Assembly: GCA_963835065.1 (NCBI GenBank)
Contig: CAWIEK010000053.1
Coordinates: 64,001 to 128,000 of the forward strand
Reading direction: 5' to 3'
From: an uncultured Chthonomonadaceae bacterium
GTDB lineage: Bacteria > Armatimonadota > Chthonomonadetes > Chthonomonadales > Chthonomonadaceae
Length of the DNA: 64,000 nt
Positions 1-10,513 of the stretch are shown here, piece after piece. Under the pieces are notes generated by a model. The model was not told the DNA's origin and searched no databases. It saw only the letters and a list, made by a program, of their open reading frames with translations. The translations under genes and the position numbers were made by a program. Positions within the stretch are counted from its first letter, which is position 1. Every line of letters begins with the position of its first letter.

Positions 1-616
1 CTTGCTTCGCCAACCCGAGACGCTGCGCTGCTTCCAGGCCCATTGATTTTAGATAATCATCAGTAACCACTTGCTGCACCAACCCCAGGCGCAACGCCTC
101 GTCCGCGCCGAAACGCTCGCCTGTCACGAACAAAGCGCGTGACGCGCCCATGCCGATTTTTTGCAGCACATAGGGTGCAATGACGGCGGGAACCAAACCC
201 AGGCGCACTTCACTGAGCGCAAATTTGGTGTCGGATGAAGCAATGGCGATGTCGCAAACCGCCACCAGTCCCGCGCCGCCGCCAATGGCTGCGCCCTGTA
301 CCCGTGCAAGGGTCGGTTTGGGACAATGGGCGATAGCGGCAAACATGCGCTGCAATTTCGCCGCGTCCGCCCGGTTTTCTTCCTCCGAATAGTCCGCCAT
401 GCGCCGCATCCAGTTCAAATCCGCGCCCGCGCAAAACGACTCCCCCACCCCCCGCAGCACAATCGCCCTTACGTTTGTATCGTCACTCAAACGTTCAAAG
501 CAGGCCGTAATCTCCTGTATCAACGTTTCGTCGAAAGCGTTATGTACCTGCGGACGGTTGAGTGTTACATAAGCAACACCATTGCGCTCTTCAACCAGCA
601 AACTCAGTTCATCCAT
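1..616 (-). CDS. Enoyl-CoA hydratase/crotonase family, probably methylglutaconyl-CoA hydratase (3' end runs off the window)
   Basis: Not in the ORF track; translated by hand from ATG at 616: MDELSLLVEERNGVAYVTLNRPQVHNAF...SFCAGADL...AIGGGAGL...FALSEVRLGL. Crotonase motifs; downstream of the MCC beta gene. Confidence 0.9.
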   Translation of the reverse strand, partial: MDELSLLVEERNGVAYVTLNRPQVHNAFDETLIQEITACFERLSDDTNVRAIVLRGVGESFCAGADLNWMRRMADYSEEENRADAAKLQRMFAAIAHCPKPTLARVQGAAIGGGAGLVAVCDIAIASSDTKFALSEVRLGLVPAVIAPYVLQKIGMGASRALFVTGERFGADEALRLGLVQQVVTDDYLKSMGLEAAQRLGLAKQ

Positions 617-652
617 AGTTCCATCTTTCTTACAACTCAAGTATACAGGCGT

Positions 653-946
653 TTAGTCCTGCGCTTCCCATTTGCGCAGCAAGGCATCGAAACGATTTGT
701 CTGTTCTTCCCACCTGTTCAAAATCTCCGAAAAACGTTCCTGATTGCGAGTGGAGAGGGTAAGAAGGTCCGTCTGAATGTCAAGTTGGCGTTTTGAAATC
801 TCAAGTTGAGATTGATGAAGTTCCAGTTGGCTCAAAGAATTTGCGCTTTGCACTTCATGGAGGTCTAACTGACGCTGGACTTGTTCCTGCTGTCGGTTCC
901 ACGCATCCAGTCGCGTTTCGAACTTAGATTTTCTAAAAAGTCCCAA
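653..946 (-). CDS. Hypothetical Q/L/E-rich coiled-coil protein
   Basis: 97-aa ORF with GGAGGAG RBS upstream; heptad-like composition; co-oriented within the operon. Confidence 0.6.
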   Translation of the reverse strand: MGLFRKSKFETRLDAWNRQQEQVQRQLDLHEVQSANSLSQLELHQSQLEISKRQLDIQTDLLTLSTRNQERFSEILNRWEEQTNRFDALLRKWEAQD

Positions 947-1000
947 GATGCTCCTCCGATCCTTTCTTCTTTTTCGTTTTCGTTCGCGTGTTTCGCGGTT

Positions 1001-2609
1001 CTACATCCTAAAGACGCCGAAGCGCGTGTCAGGAAGGGGCGCATGATAGGCGGCGGCCAAGCCTAGCCCAATTGCCGCGCGGGTATCAAGTGGGTCGAGG
1101 ATGCCGTCGTCCCACAAGTCGAGCGGTGCTGAAATAGGGGCTGCCTTCCTGCTCGTAAGTTTCCAGCGTGGGGCGCTTAAATTCCTGCTGTTCTTCCGCG
1201 CTCAGGATTTGACCCTGCGCCGCCAGTTGATCCTGCTTTACCGTCAGCAGCACGCCTGCCGCCTGTTCGCCGCCCATGACGGAAATACGCGCGTTGGGCC
1301 ACATCCACAGTTGGCGCGGGCTGAACGCGCGCCCGCACATGCCGTAATTGCCCGCCCCGAACGAGCCGCCTATAATGACCGTAAACTTGGGAACGCGCGC
1401 ATTGGCGACCGCCATAACCAGTTTGGCGCCATGCTTGGCGATTCCCTCCTGCTCCACTTTCTGCCCGACCATAAAGCCCGTAATGTTTTGCAGGAAGACA
1501 AGCGGAATGTGGCGCTGACAGCAAAGTTCGATAAAATGCGCGCCCTTTACAGCGCTTTCCGAAAACAGGACGCCGTTGTTGGCGATAATGCCGACGGGAA
1601 AGCCGATCCATCGCGCCCATCCGCACACCAAAGTGTCCCCATAGCGCGGCTTGAACTCGTGGAAACGGCTGCCGTCCGCCAATCGCGCAATAATCTCTCT
1701 CGCGTCAAAAGGCTGACGCAGATCGCGGGGCAAAATGCCATAAATGTCTTGCGGGTCGTAAAGCGGTTCTTCGGGCGCGGTCATTTCGGGAACATCGGGG
1801 TGGGGCAGGTTCAGCGTTTCCACCATTTCGCGGACAATGCGCAGTGCGTCGTCTTCAGTTTCGGCGTAATAATCGGCCACGCCGCTCAAGCGGGTATGCA
1901 CATCCGCGCCGCCCAAATCTTCCGCCGTCACCACTTCCCCGGTTGCGGCTTTGACAAGCGGCGGGCCGGCCAGAAAGATGGTTCCCGCGCCTTTGACAAT
2001 CACCGTTTGATCCGACATGGCCGGCACATACGCCCCGCCCGCCGTGCAGCTTCCCAAGACAGCCGCGAGCTGGGGAATCCCCTGCGCGGACATTTGCGCC
2101 TGATTGTAGAAAATCCGCCCGAAGTGATCGCGGTCCGGGAACACTTCCGCTTGCAGGGGCAGGTACGCGCCGCCCGAATCCACCAGATAGATGCACGGCA
2201 GACGGTTTTGTTCGCCGATCTCCTGCGCCCGCAAATGCTTCTTCACCGTGAGCGGAAAGTACGTGCCGCCCTTGACCGTCGCGTCATTGGCGACAAGAAC
2301 ACACGGCTGCCCATGTATCGTTCCAATCCCGGTAACAATTCCCGCGCCCGGCGCTTCGTTCTCGTACAGGCCATGCGCAGCAAGCGGGCTGAACTCCAGA
2401 AACGGCGAACCGGGATCCAGCAGGGCATCAATGCGCTCACGGGGCAGACGCTTGCCCCGCGCCCGGTGTTTGGCAACGGCCTGCGCCCCCCCGCCCTGCT
2501 TTACTTCGGCAAGGCGGACGCGCAGTTCCGCCACAAGCGCGCGCTGATGCGCCTGATTGTCCCTGAAATGGGGTGACGCGGTATCCACCTGCGTTTCCAG
2601 CGTTTCCAA
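1001..2609 (-). CDS. liuB: Methylcrotonyl-CoA carboxylase beta (carboxyltransferase) subunit; one frameshift near 1115
   Basis: [30 protein letters not shown] and [10 protein letters not shown] motifs. The conserved C-terminus WDDGILDP...TRFGVFRM* continues in another frame to TAG at 1001-1003. TTG start at 2609 inferred from GGAAAGG. Confidence 0.92.
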
Positions 2610-3551
2610 GTGTACATGCCTTTCCACTTCATCGGGCAAAGATTGTTTCGCAGAGCAGGAGAGGATTCAAGAATTTACAGGGCGAATCCTCCTGTGTAAC
2701 GAATAACACCCCATGAGAATTATGTGGGGAGGCCGAAAAACCTTTTGGGCGCGCGTATCAAAATAGATGGTATGTAGAGGCAGCGTCGAAATCTTGGCAA
2801 TGCAGCGCTTCCAGCCCGATGTCTCGTTGTATCTGGTTGTAAGAAGAGGCATCGTGACCTCGGCAGCATCAGGGCGGGCGGGAGTGGGGGAACATAGGCT
2901 TGCACCTCCCTTCCTGAGTAAGTAGTTGATAGTTGATAGGAACTACCAACGTTGCGCTTTCCTGTCTTTATAGTAGACGTTTGTTCTAGTGTTTAGACGG
3001 CTGTGTGGGGCAAAGGTTTCTCTTTTTTCGCGTTGCGCGACTCTTTTTTCTATTATCTTGTTTGTGGGATTGTTGCTGTTGACATACTGGGGAACAGAGA
3101 GAGGGCGCTTGTTTCGAGGGATGAGTGTTGCACAAAACAGGGTGATTTCTTAAACCAGAAAATGCCCCGTTTTGTGCAACAAAAGAATGCTTTGAAAATT
3201 TTGTCATGTGGAGCGGCAAATTGCTGGATGGCGTAGAAAGCCTGATTGGGAAGAGAAATTATAGCCTGAAACTGTGTATACTATGCTGTGAACTAACCAT
3301 TACTTGCTGCCCGTCGCGCATATGATTCAAAGTTGCATCTGTTCCTTTTGTTCTGTCGCCATGAAATTTCGTATCGGGTTTATCAACTGCATGAACCTCT
3401 ACCCGGTTGGGTTGAGCGCCCGAAGTCCACAGACTCAGGATGCGCTTGACACACGTATCGCGCAGTTTGCCGCTACGATTTACACGCTTTTCGACGGTAC
3501 GCGACTCGAAATCGCGCGGCGCTGTGAAGTTGCTACAGAAAATTTGGGAAC

Positions 3552-3938
3552 ATGATGAATACGAACGAGTTTGTCGCCATCCTGCGCAATCCCATACCGG
3601 ACAACACACAACCCGCCGTCAGCATCCTGCGCGAAGTGTCGGAAGCCATTGAAATCGCTACGGATCATAAGGTACGCAGTTGGCTCGAAAAAGGCTTTCC
3701 CAATGTGGAGTACGGGCAGGAGTACCGGGTGATTATCAGTTCAAGCGCGCGCAGCTATGAGGAAACCTTGCTTCGCGCCTATGTTCCGCTTTCCGGGAAG
3801 CCGATTCGCGTATTTCCCGGCGGCAATACCATGCAGGAGTGCGCCGACGAGGTGGAACTGAAAGCGACGTTAAAAGAGTTTTTGCAGGCAGAGCCTGTGC
3901 GGACGCTGATTCAGCAATTCAGCAGCCTCAGCACATGA
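3552..3938 (+). CDS. Hypothetical protein
   Basis: 128-aa ORF with natural composition; no recognised motif. Confidence 0.6.
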   Translation: MMNTNEFVAILRNPIPDNTQPAVSILREVSEAIEIATDHKVRSWLEKGFPNVEYGQEYRVIISSSARSYEETLLRAYVPLSGKPIRVFPGGNTMQECADEVELKATLKEFLQAEPVRTLIQQFSSLST

Positions 3939-4265
3939 ATAAGAACCGTAACTGCAACATGGCGCAGGCAAACCTAACGTTTGGTACAAATTCGTGTCTG
4001 TGGGCAGGCCACAAGCACGTATAAAATTAACATCAAAAGGGTGTTGCTTGGTTCATTTTGGCCCGTTTTCTGCCGTTTTCGGCGTTGTGTCCATACCCCA
4101 TGACGGACATATGTTGGAACACCGCAAAACTCTTAAAACAGCTTTCTCTTATGGGCATTTACGAATTTAGCAAGGCTTCGCAAAAATAAGCAAAAAATTT
4201 TGTCTCAAGCTTTGAATGAGCCTGCCGCGTCAATCTCCTGCCATAGAACCGCGATGGCAGAAGGC

Positions 4266-4604
4266 TCAGGCGACGGCGTACCCGGTATGCGGACGCACAT
4301 CAACGGGGTGGAAAGCAGGTACGATGTCCGATTTTGGGACGCCCGCCGCCTCAATTGTATAGCCAACTCCGTCTTCGGTATTGTCGCGCTGAATCCAAAT
4401 CTTTTCGTTGAGAATGTCCACATGAACAAGACAATAATGGACGCGGCGAACCTGCGTTTCCCAGCCAACAGCCATTACAAGATAGCGGTCATTCGTTTCA
4501 TCAAAGACGGCTTCGTGTCTCATTTCCGGGTTGGAATACTTAAAGTCTGCAATCTCCGTCAGAACTTCGCGCACGATGCGGCGATAGCGCTCTAATTTCT
4601 CCAT
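4266..4604 (-). CDS. xisI: XisI family protein
   Basis: FDETNDRYLVMAVGW...VHVDILNEKIWIQRDNTEDGV...AGVPKSDIV.AFHP...R.HTGYAVA matches the XisI pattern; AAGGA RBS. Confidence 0.9.
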   Translation of the reverse strand: MEKLERYRRIVREVLTEIADFKYSNPEMRHEAVFDETNDRYLVMAVGWETQVRRVHYCLVHVDILNEKIWIQRDNTEDGVGYTIEAAGVPKSDIVPAFHPVDVRPHTGYAVA

Positions 4605-4789
4605 TGGACAATTTCCTTAAGGCAGGATTAGCGGGTCGCGTGTGATTGTCCAGCCGTCCTATTGCAAGGCGCGTACAAAGGGTTCGTGGTAGAAGTCTTT
4701 CACTGCTGTATTGTCGCCTGCTCCTGCGTCTTTATACCACGCTGTGTTTCCTCAGAGAACAAAGTTTCCCGACTGCAGAACTGTTCATG

Positions 4790-5194
4790 TCACGGTTTCA
4801 CAACGAAAGCGGAGCCATCCACCATTCGATAGGCGTAGAAATGCTGATCCCGTGTGAAGATTTCATGGGTTCCGAGCATTTCTGCCGCCGCCACAAGCGA
4901 AGCGTCCGCAAGATCGCAGAGAATATCGCGGTACGTAACCATCAAATCGCGAACGCGCTGCAATTCAACCGCGTCGGCAAAGTGAACACGCAATACGCCT
5001 GTCTCGTAAAGGTTCCATAAAGCGAGGACATAAAACCAACCGCCTGCCTTGTTCAAAAGGTAAGTGGTTTCCGTCAGGCAGGGCCATGTCGTAATCATGG
5101 GACGGCGAAGCGTTCGATAAAAGGCGGTACAGACGGCGTGGTGTGTATCGTTCTTATCCACAAGCGCAACGAGTGGGCCGGTATCAATAAGCAA
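4790..5194 (-). CDS. PIN-domain VapC-type toxin
   Basis: LIDTGPLVAL...TTWPCLTE...DLADASLV...IFTRD.HF: PIN acidic tetrad. Confidence 0.88.
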   Translation of the reverse strand: MLIDTGPLVALVDKNDTHHAVCTAFYRTLRRPMITTWPCLTETTYLLNKAGGWFYVLALWNLYETGVLRVHFADAVELQRVRDLMVTYRDILCDLADASLVAAAEMLGTHEIFTRDQHFYAYRMVDGSAFVVKP

Positions 5195-5196
5195 TC

Positions 5197-5487
5197 CTAT
5201 TTTACCTCCGGGACCTCGCAGGCTTCTTCCAGATCAGAGTAATACGTTGTGGGGCCATCCGGTTGCCGCGCCCATATCGTCTCCAAAACATCCTTTGAGC
5301 GTTCCCACAGCGTTGGCGCTTCCGCGTCCGCTTCGGTTTCCGCAAGAGTCTCGGACGGCGCGACCTCTGGCAACGGCGCGTTCTCAACCAGACGGCGCAC
5401 AAAATCAGTCGGTGAAACGCCCTGCCGTTTTGCGTTCCAGTTTATCTTCGCCTCAACTTCCGGCGTCAGGTCAATCATAAGCGGCAT
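5197..5487 (-). CDS. Putative antitoxin (RHH-like N-terminus, acidic tail)
   Basis: MPLMIDLTPEVEAKINWNAKRQGVSP...; GGAGG RBS before ATG at 5487; 2 nt upstream of the PIN gene. Confidence 0.75.
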   Translation of the reverse strand: MPLMIDLTPEVEAKINWNAKRQGVSPTDFVRRLVENAPLPEVAPSETLAETEADAEAPTLWERSKDVLETIWARQPDGPTTYYSDLEEACEVPEVK

Positions 5488-5651
5488 CGTTTTTCCTCCT
5501 ACGCTATTATACGCCAATTCCGCCACAGGCAACAAGGTAACGCGCTCACAAAACCAGAAGGACAGATTGCGCTTCCCGCAAAAACGAAAATTCCGCTTAC
5601 AGAACTTTTGCAGGCGCGGGTACTCAGACAAAGCGTACAAGTTTCGTTCTC

Positions 5652-6248
5652 TCAGCGCAGCATGGAGCAAATAATTCCGACAATCTTTTCCGGTTGAGCG
5701 AGGTAGTAAAGGTCGCCGTCAATCGTTGCCGCCGTTCCCTGAAGGCGCAGGAATTTCCAATCGGTTCCGGTTGTCACGGCTCCGTACAGCGTGTCTATCG
5801 GTTTGTCGGCTCTCGCGTTGAAAATCTGCGCGGCGATAAGTTCGGCAAGGCATTGCGGGATGCCTTTGAGCAGGTCTTCCTTCTTCGCCTCCACAACCGA
5901 AACCACCGGAGCCTCGATCTCTATCGTCAGCGGCGAGAGACTGAACAGGAAATCGCAGAAACCAATCAGCCCCTTGTTCTGATCTACGTTGAATTCCGTG
6001 CCGGAAAAGAGATTGGCGCGTTCGCGCGTTTGCTGATACACTTCGGCGAGAATGGGCGCAATGAGATACTCGGAACGCGCTTTTTCCGAATTGCCGCGCA
6101 GGGCAAGCCCGGAGTTTTGCGCCAGCGTCTGCCGCAGTAAGTCCGAAATCGGAGAGGACGGCACATCGGCGAAAAGCCCTTCCTGCTCGGTGACTTGCAA
6201 GCCAAAGCGCGTTTTCAACTGAACCGTAGTGAACTTGTCGTAGGCCAT
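5652..6248 (-). CDS. Restriction-endonuclease-like PD-(D/E)XK hypothetical protein
   Basis: SEKARSE.LIAPIL...GFCDF...VVEAKK...QCLAELIAAQ...GAVTTG..WKFL: D...EAK nuclease-type motif. Start taken at MAYDKF. Confidence 0.75.
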   Translation of the reverse strand: MAYDKFTTVQLKTRFGLQVTEQEGLFADVPSSPISDLLRQTLAQNSGLALRGNSEKARSEYLIAPILAEVYQQTRERANLFSGTEFNVDQNKGLIGFCDFLFSLSPLTIEIEAPVVSVVEAKKEDLLKGIPQCLAELIAAQIFNARADKPIDTLYGAVTTGTDWKFLRLQGTAATIDGDLYYLAQPEKIVGIICSMLR

Positions 6249-6350
6249 GCCGCGCGTTTCTCCGTCAAGCGGGAAGTGGGGGTATTTCAGTATACCCCAC
6301 GCCCGGAAGGGCCGACTTGCAGGGTTCTTCCTTTTACGGCAGTCTGTTGA

Positions 6351-6554
6351 GCCGGGTATTTTCAACGCTTGCTGTGAAATACCTTCCGAGGATTGAAAAT
6401 CCCCGGCAGGAAAGTGCAAGCGTCTTTCAGACGCGATTCTTTACATCAAGATTCCTGCGTCTGTAAGACGCTTGTTTTGTCCTGCCGGGGATTTTCAATC
6501 TCCGGCAACAGATAGAATACGCCCATCTCACAGCAAGCGTTGAAACTCCCTGGC
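6351..6554. repeat. Nested REP/REPIN-like long palindrome
   Basis: Outer arms TTTCAACGCTTGCTGTGA (6360-6377) and TCACAGCAAGCGTTGAAA (about 6528-6545); inner arms 6391-6434 and 6457-6500 built on GCCGGGGATTTTCAA. Confidence 0.85.
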
Positions 6555-6686
6555 AGCCCAAACGACGTGATTTCCCTAAATTTGAAACGCGCCACTTTGA
6601 TTTATGGGGCAGGAAGAAAACCGCTTCATGCAGAACCATACGAACGTACTCTGAAATCGCTTTTGCATTGGAAAGGAAGACGTTCG

Positions 6687-8440
6687 ATGCCGAACCTGTT
6701 TACGCCTGCTGGGGGCGCGTTTCTGATAGAACATACAAACTCTGAACAGGTGTTTATCCCCGAACACTTTACCGCCGAAGACCTGCTGATCGGCAAAACG
6801 GCGGAGGATTTTCTGAACAACGAAGTTCAGCCGCATGTGGAGCGGATTGAGAGCGGCGATCACGACCTGATGCGCGACCTGATGCGGCAGGCGGGCGAGT
6901 TGGGACTGCTTGGCGCGGACGTTCCCGAAGCGTATGGTGGGTTGGGACTGCCGCAAACCACGTGCGCCCTGATTGCGGAAAAACTGAACCCGCAGCAGTC
7001 GTTTGCGCTCACGCACGAGGCGCATACCGTGATTGCCACCCTGCCGCTTTTGTTCTTTGGAAACCATGCGCAGAAACAAAAGTATCTGCCCAAACTGGCA
7101 AGCGGCGAATGGGTCGGCAGTTTCGCGCTCAGTGAGGCCAATTCCGGTTCGGACGCGCTTGCGATGCAGACCCGCGCCACCCTTGCGCCGGACGGCGGCC
7201 ATTACGCGCTCAACGGCGAAAAAATGTGGATCACCAATTCGGCCTTTGCGCAATTGTTTACGGTTTTTGCGCGGACGGCAGACCAGAGTGGAGATAAAAT
7301 CGGCGTGTTTCTTGGTGGAGCGGGACACGCCCGGCCTGAGTTTCGGCAGGGAAGAACACAAACTGGGGATGCATGGCACATCCACGCGCCGGGTGATTCT
7401 GAACGACGTTTGTATACCGGCTGAAAACGCTTTCGGAATCGGGCAGGGGCATTACGCCGCGTTTTGCGCGCTCAATATGGGGCGGTTCAAACTGGAAGCG
7501 GGCGCGGTGGGCGGCTTGAAGTACCCTGCTTTCCACTTGCGCGAAATACGCCGCGCAACGCAAAACGTTCGGGCGGGCGATTGCGGAATATGGCCTGATT
7601 CAGCACAAATTGGCGGAAATGGCCGCGCGGACGTTTGCCCTTGAAAGCATGGTGTACCGATTGGCGGGCGATCTGGAGCGGGCGTTTGCCGACATTGTTC
7701 CCGACGCGCCGGACGCGCCACAGCAGTACCACCGCGCTTCGGAAGAATACGCCATCGAATGCAGCATCGTCAAGGTGATCGGCTCGGAAACCTACTCCAG
7801 CATGGCGGACGAGGCCATTCAAATACACGGTGGGTACGGCTATACGGAGGAATTCCCCGTTGCGCGGGCGTGGCGCGATCAACGCTTATTGCGCATCGGT
7901 GAGGGCGCAAATGAAATTGTCCGCCTTGCGATTGTCAACACTCTGTTACGCCGCGACAAAGCCGGACGCCTGCCCCTCCTGACAGCGCAGCCGACAGGAA
8001 CAGCGCCAACCGCTTCCGCTCCCGAACCTTTGCAAGGCTTGTGGCAGGCGGCAGAGTATTTCAAACTTCTCGGCGTCACCATGCTGCAAACCGCGCAGAA
8101 CAACATGGGAAGCGATTTAGCCGAAGCGCAGGAAGTTTCCGCCGCGATTGCCGATGTCATCTGTTCCGCGTATGCGCTGGAAAGCATCGCCCTGCGCTGT
8201 ACCCTGCTGCAAACTTCCGGCCATGCCCATTACGACGCGGCGATTGCAGCCGCACAGGTAGCGCGCATAGATTACACCGAGGAAGCTATCCGCGCCGCCA
8301 AATACTTTGCGGACAGCGCGAACGCCTCTCCGCTTCTGCTTGGTTCCATGCCGGAAAATATAAGAATGTGCGGCAATCCCATGCAGTTGCGGCGTGATCT
8401 TGCGGCACGGGCGCTGGAAGCAGGCGGGTATCCGGTTTAA
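6687..8440 (+). CDS. Acyl-CoA dehydrogenase (long FadE-type); two frameshifts near 7310 and 7530
   Basis: FALSEANSGSD, LNGEKMWITN, EEHKLGMHGTST and QIHGGYGY...RIGEGANEI are spread over three frames; AAGGAAG RBS. Confidence 0.9.
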
Positions 8441-8460
8441 TCGTTCTGACCAACGCGGGG

Positions 8461-8697
8461 TTACGAAATAAGAGAGATGTCATCGAAGCGGAGCATAAGG
8501 CGCTTGGGCGTGTGGTTGTTGGTGATGGGCGTGACTTCCGAACACACATACACGCCGCCGGCTTTTTCCTGCGCCAGATACGCTTCCCAATCGGCGGCGA
8601 GGCGATCCAATTCGGCATTTTCAAAATAAAAGATGCCGATGTTTTTGGGTTCGCCCTGTGGATTCTTGAGGTAGATATGAACCGGGGTTTCTTTCAT
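8461..8697 (-). CDS. Hypothetical protein
   Basis: 78-aa ORF co-oriented with its upstream neighbours; natural composition. Confidence 0.55.
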   Translation of the reverse strand: MKETPVHIYLKNPQGEPKNIGIFYFENAELDRLAADWEAYLAQEKAGGVYVCSEVTPITNNHTPKRLMLRFDDISLIS

Positions 8698-8731
8698 AAG
8701 ACTTCTTTCATGGAAGCATCTGTTCGCCTGC

Positions 8732-9121
8732 TTAATGCCCTGGCGTGTCCGCCTTATAAAATTGGGGATTGGGCGTCATATCCCTGGCGGTTTTTCCATT
8801 TGCGCCGAGATTGCGCTGAATCGCGCCGGGATTCAGAGCCTGCGCAGGGACGGGTACGGCCTGCGTCTCGCGTTCGCCCGCAGCCCGGTTATAAACAAAC
8901 AGCCCGCCTCCCAATACCACTATCGTGAAGCAGACGCCGATTAACAAACGTTTTCCCTGCCCGTCGCGTGGGGAAGTAGGCACGTAGGCGGGCGGCGGCA
9001 GCATCGCCGACGCGGACTGCATCGGGAATACCCTGCCACATTGCTCGCACAACGCGGCATCAAGAGGCGCGGGCGTCTGACACTGCGAACATTTTTTAAC
9101 TGCCTGGGACCCTAACTCCAT
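8732..9121 (-). CDS. Zinc-ribbon membrane protein
   Basis: CSQC...CEQCG, a Pro-rich linker and one TM helix (LLIGVCFTIVVLGGGLFVY). Confidence 0.7.
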   Translation of the reverse strand: MELGSQAVKKCSQCQTPAPLDAALCEQCGRVFPMQSASAMLPPPAYVPTSPRDGQGKRLLIGVCFTIVVLGGGLFVYNRAAGERETQAVPVPAQALNPGAIQRNLGANGKTARDMTPNPQFYKADTPGH

Positions 9122-9225
9122 TGGATTGTCCTTTGTATCGGAACTACGCTGCTTCGTGTTCGCCTCATCATCCCTTTTGACAACGGAACGGCAAGACAGT
9201 TACCACAAACCTGACGCTTTCAAAA

Positions 9226-10308
9226 CTACTTGCCCGGCTCGCTTTGCTCCTGCGCGTACTGCAAAATACTGACCTGCGCGGCCAGCGTTCTGGCGATGTC
9301 GCGGAACGACTCGGCGTGAGGAGAATTGGGCGCAGCCAGAATAGCGGGTATGCCATCATCCCCCGCCTGCGAAATCGCGCTGTCGAGCGGAACTCGGCCT
9401 AAAAACGGCACACTCAGGCGCTGCGCGGCGCGTTCCCCGCCGCCACTGCCGAATACGCCCCCGCTCATGTTTTCCACGACGCCAAGTATCGGGATGGCGC
9501 GGTTCTGTCCCTGCCCCACTGTGCGGAACATCTGTATGCTTTTGTTGGCGATCTCCTGCGCTACCTGCTGCGGCGTCATTACCACGACTACGCCCGAAAT
9601 TGGAACCTGCTGCGCAAGCGTCAGAGGCGCGTCGCCCGTTCCCGGCGGCAAATCCACAATCAGATAGTCCTGTTCGCCCCACAGCACGTCGCCGAGCAAT
9701 TGCCGCACGGTTCCCGCCACCATCGGGCCGCGCCAGATGACGGCTTTGTCCGGGTCGAGCAGAAAGCCGAGCGAGATCATCAGGACGCCGTGACTGGCAA
9801 CCGGAACCATTTTGGGGCCTTCCGGCGTTTCTTTCAGCAGGGGCTTTTTGGTGACGCCCATCATCAGGGGCAGGGACGGGCCGTAAATATCGGCGTCCAT
9901 CAGGCCCACTTTCGCGCCCATTTGCGCCAGCGCGACCGCCAGATTAACCGACACGGTGCTTTTCCCCACGCCGCCCTTGCCGCTTGCGACCGCAATCACA
10001 TGCCGCACGCCCGGAATCAACGCCTGCCCGACGTTCTTCTGCCCGCGCACCTGCGCGGTCATTTCCACATTTACCTGCGTCACGCCCGGCAGTTTCGCCA
10101 CCGCCTCACGCGCCTGCATTTTCAGCAAATCTTTCACGGGACACGCGGGCGTCGTCAATTCCACTTTGAACGCGACATTGCCCTCACAAATTTTTATATC
10201 TTTCACAAAGCCCAGCGTCACGATGTCCCGGTGCAAATCCGGGTCTTCCACGACGCGCAGGGCATCGAGAACCTGCTGCTCTGTCACTTCTAAAATCGCT
10301 TCCGCCAT
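9226..10308 (-). CDS. mrp: Mrp/NBP35 (ApbC) Fe-S cluster carrier ATPase with N-terminal DUF59-like domain
   Basis: DPDLHRDIV...LTTPACP; SGKGGVGKST; DADIYGPS; WRGPM; DLPPGTGD; VVENMS. Confidence 0.93.
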   Translation of the reverse strand: MAEAILEVTEQQVLDALRVVEDPDLHRDIVTLGFVKDIKICEGNVAFKVELTTPACPVKDLLKMQAREAVAKLPGVTQVNVEMTAQVRGQKNVGQALIPGVRHVIAVASGKGGVGKSTVSVNLAVALAQMGAKVGLMDADIYGPSLPLMMGVTKKPLLKETPEGPKMVPVASHGVLMISLGFLLDPDKAVIWRGPMVAGTVRQLLGDVLWGEQDYLIVDLPPGTGDAPLTLAQQVPISGVVVVMTPQQVAQEIANKSIQMFRTVGQGQNRAIPILGVVENMSGGVFGSGGGERAAQRLSVPFLGRVPLDSAISQAGDDGIPAILAAPNSPHAESFRDIARTLAAQVSILQYAQEQSEPGK

Positions 10309-10380
10309 ATACTTCTCTCCTTACTCCCATTGTACCTGTCTCCCGCGCGCAAGTCAATCAGTGTAAGGACGGGCAAAACG

Positions 10381-10458
10381 AATCCGGCGGAACTGCCATT
10401 ACAGGCAGTTCCGCCGGATTCCGCGAAACGGCTCAACGGAATGAATTCATTCCGTTGA
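10381..10458. terminator. Long GC hairpin followed by a perfect 28-bp palindrome
   Basis: AATCCGGCGGAACTGCC-attaca-GGCAGTTCCGCCGGATT, then CTCAACGGAATGAATTCATTCCGTTGAG; downstream of the clostripain gene. Confidence 0.65.
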
Positions 10459-10513
10459 GCAACATAACATCTTTGTTAAATCTACACGTTAAATCTACAC
10501 CAGGAAAGCGTTG

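Noticed and set aside
2640..3550. Short ORFs in the long intergenic region
   Set aside because: Overlapping ORFs on both strands with no recognisable motif or convincing RBS; none can be supported.
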